A DNA stretch of 64,000 bases from Chrysomallon squamiferum. Taxonomy: Eukaryota; Animalia; Mollusca. Positions 57,601-64,000 of the stretch are shown here, in pieces. The stretch is taken from the NCBI GenBank assembly GCA_012295275.1, contig CM022672.1:5332001-5396000 (forward strand), given 5' to 3'. Position 1 is the first letter of the stretch; every line of letters starts with the position of its first letter. The translations under genes and the position numbers were made by a program. The notes beneath the pieces are model-generated. The model searched no databases and was not told the origin of the DNA. It saw nothing but the letters and a program-made list of their open reading frames with translations.

Positions 57601-58488
57601 AAAAATACATTTAAAAATCAAGATTCATGTAAATTTGCAAAAATTACAACCAATCAATAACAAAAATTTTAAAAAAATAAATAATAAAAATTCAAGCAAA
57701 AAGGGTTTTCTGTTCTCAGTTAACAAAACAATGAAAAAACGGCACAGCATATGTAGCATTAAAATACTTCAGTTCTATTGTTACACTTTAAAACTATTTT
57801 AACTTTTATTACAGTTCTACCGTGTAATATGCTCTTCCCAATCTTGGCCTGAGTCTTCAGTTCGGACAAGGTTGGCATGTCTCTCACATTCATTCATCAA
57901 ATTCCGAGCCTTTGATAAATCATATGGCAAAGCAGGCTGAGGACTCACTTGCTGAACATCAATATTAACGGGATCACTGTAAAAAGGATAATATAGTATT
58001 CACCTGTTAAATGAGTAGTATTTACATTTCCAAGCTTAATGTTTAATAAAAATTAAAAGACATAAAATAAATACTTTCCAAATCAGTATTGAAGATACTG
58101 AAAGAGATCAAAACAAAGTGTATTATGAAGAAAAAAAAATTCTGCTGTTTTTAAACTTCTTACAAATAATATTGTTTGTAAAAAATAATAATAATAATAA
58201 TAATAAACATTTAAGACAATGTTGTTTTTTCTTTTTTTATGTAATTTATTATTATTACTATTATTATTTATTATTATTTTTTTAATACCTTGGTGTTTTA
58301 TCAGTGGGTCTTGGCAACTTTGACATATACAATACTTTAACAGGGCTGGCATTGCTGGCATCTGGGTGAGCACTCCATGGTTTAGAATAACTGTGATCCA
58401 TCATGACAAAGTCAAACTGAAATTCTCGAGCTGGAAACCGATGAAAAGCTGATCCAAAACGCCTCTGAGGCTGTCCATCTTCAGGCAT
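49976..58488 (-). CDS. KANSL3: KAT8 regulatory NSL complex subunit 3 (about 1090 aa; alpha/beta-hydrolase-like domain plus long Ser/Thr-rich tail)
   Basis: Exons on -: 58488-58289, 57976-57821, 57473-57383, 56946-56863, 56444-56343, 55700-55567, 55135-54917, 54517-54446, 54067-53993, 53348-53127, 52732-52568, 52059-51957, 51633-49976. Motifs [81 protein letters not shown]. All junctions are in phase except 55567/55135 (see findings). Confidence 0.95.
51957..52059 (-). CDS. KANSL3: KANSL3 exon [34 protein letters not shown]
   Basis: ttacag / gtttgt boundaries; phase 0 to 1 links the flanking exons. Confidence 0.8.
52568..52732 (-). CDS. KANSL3: KANSL3 exon [11 protein letters not shown]...[11 protein letters not shown]...
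   Basis: tgacag acceptor; GCT|gtatgt donor chosen for phase 0; contains NLS-like KKKRKV. Confidence 0.85.
53127..53348 (-). CDS. KANSL3: KANSL3 exon [19 protein letters not shown]...[12 protein letters not shown]...ADRAIL
   Basis: tttcag / gtaaga boundaries, 222 nt. Confidence 0.93.
53445..53605. mobile_element. Possible degenerate SINE-like interspersed repeat in a KANSL3 intron
   Basis: Succession atggttaag..gagag..ggaaac.gctgtc.ccac..cagcag.aa.gat.ttttata..catccc.ac.g.cagg..agcatac..gcctt resembles an abundant gastropod repeat recalled from memory; not verified. Confidence 0.35.
53993..54067 (-). CDS. KANSL3: KANSL3 exon [25 protein letters not shown]
   Basis: tttcag acceptor; GGG|gcaagt GC donor gives phase 0. 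Confidence 0.9.
54446..54517 (-). CDS. KANSL3: KANSL3 exon [24 protein letters not shown]
   Basis: tttcag / gtaaga; nucleophile-elbow position reads GWNIG (Asn instead of the catalytic Ser of GxSxG hydrolases). Confidence 0.93.
54917..55135 (-). CDS. KANSL3: KANSL3 exon [16 protein letters not shown]...[15 protein letters not shown]...VRTKVLE
   Basis: aaacag / gtcagt boundaries, 219 nt. Confidence 0.93.
55567..55700 (-). CDS. KANSL3: KANSL3 exon IPTLIERM...[17 protein letters not shown]
   Basis: tttcag / gtatgt boundaries; 134 nt as written, one base short of frame. Confidence 0.85.
56343..56444 (-). CDS. KANSL3: KANSL3 exon [34 protein letters not shown]
   Basis: ttgcag / gtgagt boundaries. 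Confidence 0.93.
56863..56946 (-). CDS. KANSL3: KANSL3 exon [28 protein letters not shown]
   Basis: ttacag / gtaaga boundaries. Confidence 0.93.
57003..57102 (+). pseudogene. Duplicated fragment of TRUB1 exon 3 plus donor and intron start, inside a KANSL3 intron
   Basis: Ungapped match to 61125-61224 (offset 4122 bp); encodes [22 protein letters not shown]|gtaaatattaattt. Confidence 0.92.
57383..57473 (-). CDS. KANSL3: KANSL3 exon [30 protein letters not shown]
   Basis: ttttag / gtgagt boundaries. Confidence 0.93.
57821..57976 (-). CDS. KANSL3: KANSL3 exon SDPVNIDV...[12 protein letters not shown]...DWEEHITR
   Basis: ttacag / gtagaa boundaries, phase 2 to 2. Confidence 0.93.
58289..58488 (-). 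CDS. KANSL3: KANSL3 first coding exon MPEDGQ...[15 protein letters not shown]...
   Basis: ATG at 58488; AG|gtatta donor; acceptor upstream (exon starts 58520). Confidence 0.9.
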
Positions 58489-58985
58489 AGTTTTAATTTC
58501 TTTTAGGAGTTATCAAATTTCTACAACAAAATAATAATAATAATAATAATAATAAAATGCACATTTGAATTACAATGACATTCATGTGAGTTATTGCTAT
58601 AATTCCTTATTTTGTTAAGTAAGGTTAATTATTTTAATTTGACATATGAAGTAATAGAAGTAACTTTGGGCTAGTTTACCTCAAACGTCATAATTCACGG
58701 TTAATGATTCAATCTTAATCTATGCAAATTCTATTAATTTTAAACTATTAAAGATTTTAAAAATACTCATATAATTTTTTAATGTTTTACTGTAAATACT
58801 TATTCATTATATATGAAATCAGCATTATTAATAATAATGAAATTATATTTTTACTTTACAAAAACGACATTAGGTTCTAAACGAAATTACAACGTATGGA
58901 ACTTTATCCACATACATATTTCAAAAACAGTTTTGCAAAGTGAGAATTATCAAGAATTGACAGAGTTTATCAATAAAATGCTCAC

Positions 58986-59160
58986 CATTGATAACTAAGT
59001 TAAACAGTAAGCAGCTTATAGCTGGTATTTATAGCGCTATGTTGGTCCATGAAGACAATAGATATTGCGCACCTGCAACCGTCTTTTATTTGTTAGGTTT
59101 ATCTCCCTTGGTAGAAAAAAATCACCAACTTGGATTGTCATACCGTTCTTAAGGTACTAT
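58986..59160. promoter_or_regulatory. Putative bidirectional promoter region for KANSL3 and TRUB1
   Basis: Start codons diverge 1174 bp apart; both first coding exons have acceptors; outward-facing donor-like sites at 58985 (-) and 59154 (+) flank a short GC-richer patch. Confidence 0.55.
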
Positions 59161-59661
59161 AAACATTTATTAATTTAATAACAGCATTAATTATAGATAA
59201 TTATTATGAATTATTACAATATTATAATAAACTTGCTCATAAAGTAATTTAATTACAGATATTAGTTTATTATAAATGACAAATGGCATAGAAAGTTATA
59301 CATTTATTAAAATTTAAATGTAACAAATGTAGTTAAAGTTTAACGTAAATCTTTAGTTAAATTCATTGATCAAAACCTATTTACAATTTATCAGTTCAGC
59401 AATACAGTCTAAACACATGTTATGCTTACTCTTTTCTGGTAGCATGTTAATTTGATTGAAATATTACCGAATTTTGAAATTTATTCAACATTTTACTAAC
59501 AAACGAAAAAACATAAATGAAATTAAAAAGTTGTAACAAATTTAAAGAATATATATTTATGAAACAATTCTTATGCAGCAACGTTACTGTTATTGTATAT
59601 ATATATAATCCGTTTATTTTTATTTTTATATTTTGTTTAAATTTTTTTTTTAAGATCCAAA

Positions 59662-59779
59662 ATGTTTTCAAACAGCTTACATCAACTAATGAAACTAAGT
59701 GGAATATTTCCAGTTTTGAAACCTGTAGGTATTACCAGTGCTCAGTTATTGAATAAAATTCGTGAAAAACTTTATTCTG
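59662..59779 (+). CDS. TRUB1: TRUB1 coding exon 1 MFSNSLHQLMKLSGIFPVLKPVGITSAQLLNKIREKLYS
   Basis: ATG at 59662 just after an acceptor (ttttaag, 59654); G|gtgagt donor. Confidence 0.85.
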
Positions 59780-60742
59780 GTGAGTATGTTAAGAATGTTG
59801 TTTATTACCAATAATAATTAAAAATATATATATATAAATTATTAACAATCAATCATGAAACATAAAATATAATTTTAAAAAACTATCTTAAATAATTCTG
59901 TGTTGTCAAAATAAAATATCAGTGAAATCAGCATGTGAAATATTTTTTTAAATAATCTTTTCTTTTTATTTATTTGGCTGTAGTATCCTTCCATATGCTA
60001 ATACATTTTGCTAGCCAATACTTTTCAAAAAAAGAAACTTTTTTTTTTTTATTTCAATATTAAACATACATATTTTTTCAGAGGTGTAAAATGTCAATAT
60101 TAATAAAATTATTTAATGTCTTAATAACAAGTCAAGTCTAAATAAACAACTATGTAACAACTAAGTTCTTACTAAACTTTTTACAGGAATAGTTGTCACA
60201 TTACAAGAATGTTTACCAGATTCCTTGGTTTATTAAAATCAGTAAGCTTATAGTGTTCATATAAATATTGTTACAAACTCCAAATGCATATATAAACAAA
60301 AATTATAGAATTCTTTATCTTCTATACTTTCCTGAGTATTATAAATACCTTTGTTTTTCTTCTGAACATATAAATTTATAATAATTTGTCATTTATTCAT
60401 AATCATCATCATTCTGTGTTAAAGAATTTTATTATCATCGTCATGTCATTTGGTTTGTTTTAAGAAGTGGGAATAACTATGAGATATGCTAGAAAACTAG
60501 CTATGGGACATGGAGGGACATTAGACAAATTGGCATCTGGTGTTCTCATTGTTGGAGTGGGTGCTGGCTGTAAGGAACTGTCTCAATTCCTTCATGGTGA
60601 AAAGGTAATTTTATTTATTTATTTAAATATTTTAGAGGGGTTTTATTTTATTTTATTTTATTTTATTTTATTTTATTTTATTTTTCATTTTCTTTTTCAT
60701 TTTTTACATTTTATTTTTTTTTAATTTAATTTAATTTAATTT

Positions 60743-60782
<40 letters not shown>

Positions 60783-63294
60783 TTATATTATTATTATTTA
60801 GTTAATTTGTGTAACCAAAATATTCTATGTTTCCACTTCCTTACTGAATGATTCTTGATGTTATTTGTAGAAATCATGTTTAAATAGCAAATGCAAAATG
60901 AGGGCAGTTTATATTTTCCGTGTGTCTTAGTACTAATTGTGTAAGTATTTCTAATTAATAGGTTATGAAATGTTTCAAAACAATAACAGTTTAACATGTA
61001 CATTTTACACTATTAAGAAATTTAGTTGGAAATATTTATTTAACAACAACTGTATTTTCTTCAACTTAGAACTGTTTGGGAAAAAAATGTATTGATATTA
61101 TAATTTTCAGAAATATATTTGCAAAGCTGAACTAGGTACTGCAACAGATACATTTGACAAAGGGGGTGAGATAATTGAAACTAAGAAATATGGTAAATAT
61201 TAATTTGGAATTTTGATATAATTAAAACATTTAAAAAATTTTATATTCCTGAAATTACTCACTAATTACTAATGTTACTAAACTGAAACAAAAATTTATG
61301 ATTAAATTGTTAGAGATTAAATATAGCATCGTTCAGTTTTATGCATTGACAGATTAAAAAAAAAAAAAAAAAAAATAGATATAATCTTAGAAATGAATCA
61401 GAATCTACCTGAAATACAGGTAGGTGTGTCATGTCATTTTATTTTGGTTTGGTTCAGTTCAAATGTTTATTTTAATTAAATCATTATTTTAGTTTTTTTT
61501 TAATTATTTTTGTTCATGTTTGTGTTTCTGTGTGTTTTTTTATTTTTTTTTTTTTTTTTCTTGTGTTTTATTTTTAGATCATGTATCCAAAGAAAAACTG
61601 AATGAATCTCTTCAAGCTTTTATAGGTGAAATAATGCAGTTGCCTCCCCTGTGAGTGAACTGGTTATAATAAAATGTCCTTCAGATAAAAGGCTTAAGAT
61701 TTCTTTTTTTATTTTGTTTTTTATTACTGTTGTCATTGTTATAATTGTTACTGAATGAGTTTTGAATATGAGTTCTTTTGAATGTGTGAATATTATAAAT
61801 TTTAGATTTTTATTACAAAGTTTAAACAAAAATATTTTAATGATAACTAATTTCATTTTGAAAAAACATAATTAAATTATTAGATTTTCTCTTTTATTTT
61901 TATTTTTTCTCATTATTGAGATCTAATATTTAATTTCTATCTTTACTTAGATTTTCAGCAATCAAATGTAGTGGTGAAAGGTTGTCTGACATTGTTCGTG
62001 AAGGAAAAGCAATACCTGCATTGCAGCCACGAAAAGTTATAGTCCACAATATTGAATGTGTGGAGTTTTCACCCCCTTTCTTTACACTAGGTTAGTTATG
62101 TTTGAATTTTGTTAAAATACCTTCTTAAATAGCCTCAAGTTATGACAGTATTATTTGAAATGTGAAACAAACCTTTACTAATAATAAATATAATAATAAA
62201 ATAAAAACACTGAAGAGGAGGCTACTATTTTATTTATTATAAATGTTTTAAAAATATTTTAAATTTTTTTAATTTTTTAATTATTATTCACTTCATATAC
62301 TGAAATGTGCAAAATTATTAGATGTTAAAATTAGTAGTATTTATTTATGTACATTAAGTCCTTTACAAAAAACAGTTGTTAATATTTAATTTTCATTACT
62401 TTATTCTAAACTATTATTGAGAGTTATTCACATTAAATCTTCAATTTTTTAAAGCAATACATTCAGGAAGTGGATTTTATGTTCGAAGACTAATAGATGA
62501 TCTTGCTAAAGGTATCAGAATTTTAATATTTATATTTTATGAAAAACATCTGAATATCTTATGGAGCTATGTTTTTCTATTCTTTTGCATTTTATTTTAT
62601 TTTATTTTTTTTCCAATTTAATCTAAATACTTAAATCAAAACAGAACCCAAAACTATTATATATTTTAAACAAAAATCAAATAAAATGTACTAAATATAA
62701 TTATTCAAGTTACAGAAAAATATTTATTAAAATATTTTCTTTTTCTGAATCTTTCAAAATGTGTACCATATTTACTTGATTTCTGGTTTTTGGTTATTTT
62801 CCTGGATTATTTAGAAAAAGAATTTAAAATAATAACAACTCAAGATCAGATATATTCCTTAAATGGAATTTGATAGTCAATTAGTTTACTCAGGTTGTGG
62901 ACAGAATTAAATTGACATTGTAAATAACTAGTGTTGATATTTGTAAAGAAAATTTTATTACAGCTGTTTGATTTTATCATAAAAATAAGTGGCTGTATAT
63001 ATGTGTTTATAATTTTTTGTTTTGTTTTTATAAAACTGTGTGTATGTGCGTGTGTGTTTAAAAAAATGTTTTGTTTTTATAATGCATTCTGTGTCTCTGT
63101 GTGTATTTATAATGTTTTGTTTTGTTTTAGAATTGGACACCTGTGCTCACGTGTGTGAATTAGAAAGAACTGAACAGTCACCTTTCACCCTTGAAGACTG
63201 TCTTACAGAAGATGACTGGACACTTCTAGATATCAGAAGAGCAATTCAGTTAACTGACCAGTACAAACCAAATAAAATAAAAAGAAAAGCATGA
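59662..63294 (+). CDS. TRUB1: TruB-family pseudouridine synthase 1 (about 257 aa)
   Basis: Exons 59662-59779, 60465-60604, 61111-61192, 61578-61650, 61951-62090, 62455-62511, 63131-63294 (774 nt, in frame). Motifs KPVGITS, GHGGTLD (catalytic Asp), [47 protein letters not shown] favours TRUB1 over TRUB2 or dyskerin. Confidence 0.94.
60465..60604 (+). CDS. TRUB1: TRUB1 exon 2 ...MGHGGTLDKLASGVLIVGVGAGCKELSQFLHGEK
   Basis: taag acceptor (NAGNAG alternative 60468); AAG|gtaatt donor. Confidence 0.92.
61111..61192 (+). CDS. TRUB1: TRUB1 exon 3 [27 protein letters not shown]
   Basis: ttttcag / gtaaat boundaries. Confidence 0.93.
61578..61650 (+). CDS. TRUB1: TRUB1 exon 4 DHVSKEKLNESLQAFIGEIMQLPP
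   Basis: tttttag / gtgagt boundaries. Confidence 0.92.
61951..62090 (+). CDS. TRUB1: TRUB1 exon 5 LFSAIKCSGERLSDIVREG...FSPPFFTL
   Basis: tacttag / gttagt boundaries. Confidence 0.92.
62455..62511 (+). CDS. TRUB1: TRUB1 exon 6 AIHSGSGFYVRRLIDDLAK
   Basis: ttttttaaag / gtatca boundaries, phase 1 to 1. Confidence 0.88.
63131..63294 (+). CDS. TRUB1: TRUB1 last exon ELDTCAHVCELERTEQSPFTLEDCL...KRKA*
   Basis: gttttag acceptor; TGA at 63292-63294. Confidence 0.92.
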
Positions 63295-64000
63295 TTTCAA
63301 CAGAAAATTTCAAAAACAATTTAGTGAACAAAAAAATTATTTTACTTCAATGACTGCATTAAAACTTTTGTGATGTTTTGCTGAATTCCTGTTTCTTGAA
63401 GAATTGTGCAAATAAACTTGTTTTTAAGATCTAAGTTTTTGAAATACATGCACGTAATTTTAATTTAACAACAGAATCATCCAATTCTATACTATTATTT
63501 GATGTATATTGTTAATTTTATTTTTTGAATTTTTGTTTTGTTATCTGTTTGTTGTTGTTTATTTTTATTTTTTTCTGGGATGAATACAAAACTAAATAAA
63601 AGTAAGAATGATAATTTTTTTATTTTGAAATAAATAAGCATTCATAATTGATAAATTTATACATTTTTATATAATACATTAGAACGTAATTTAACAATTG
63701 AATTCTGACAATAAATCTATGACAATCTGTAGTGTGTGTGTGTGTGTGTGTGTGCGTTTTTAAATTTATATATTTTAAATAGAGAGACCATACACTTGGC
63801 CAAATGAAATAGTTCCTGAAAAGGAATTTTTGATAACACATTGAATTTCAAAGCTGAAAATGTAGCTATGTGCAAATACTTTCAAAATGAGTAATTTTAT
63901 TATTATTTTAAAAAATTTAAATTCTTTTTAAACTACATTTTTTTCATTTAGTGATGAGTATTGATGGCCAAAATCTTAAACATTCAATTTAAAATGTATA

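Overview
AT-rich, microsatellite-dense animal genomic DNA, probably molluscan (inference). Three spliced genes were reconstructed by hand; nearly all entries in the supplied ORF track are simple-repeat artefacts. (1) On +, the 3' part of a COE/EBF/collier transcription factor (6604-35956; its 5' exons lie upstream of the window). It has a GC-AG intron, a tandemly duplicated splice acceptor, a candidate 45-nt cassette exon and two alternative last exons, one resembling the vertebrate EBF tail and one the Drosophila Collier tail. (2) On -, KANSL3/NSL3 (13 coding exons, 58488-49976), with a GC-AG intron and one frame discrepancy at a homopolymer. (3) On +, head-to-head with KANSL3, the pseudouridine synthase TRUB1 (7 coding exons, 59662-63294). 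A copy of TRUB1 exon 3 plus its donor site sits antisense inside a KANSL3 intron. COE introns and the 3' flank carry many CpG-rich non-coding islands (candidate enhancers), whereas the KANSL3/TRUB1 bodies are CpG-poor. A Tigger/pogo-like MITE, minisatellites and local duplications are also present. No tRNA, rRNA or CRISPR array was found. Homology calls are from recalled protein motifs, not database searches.
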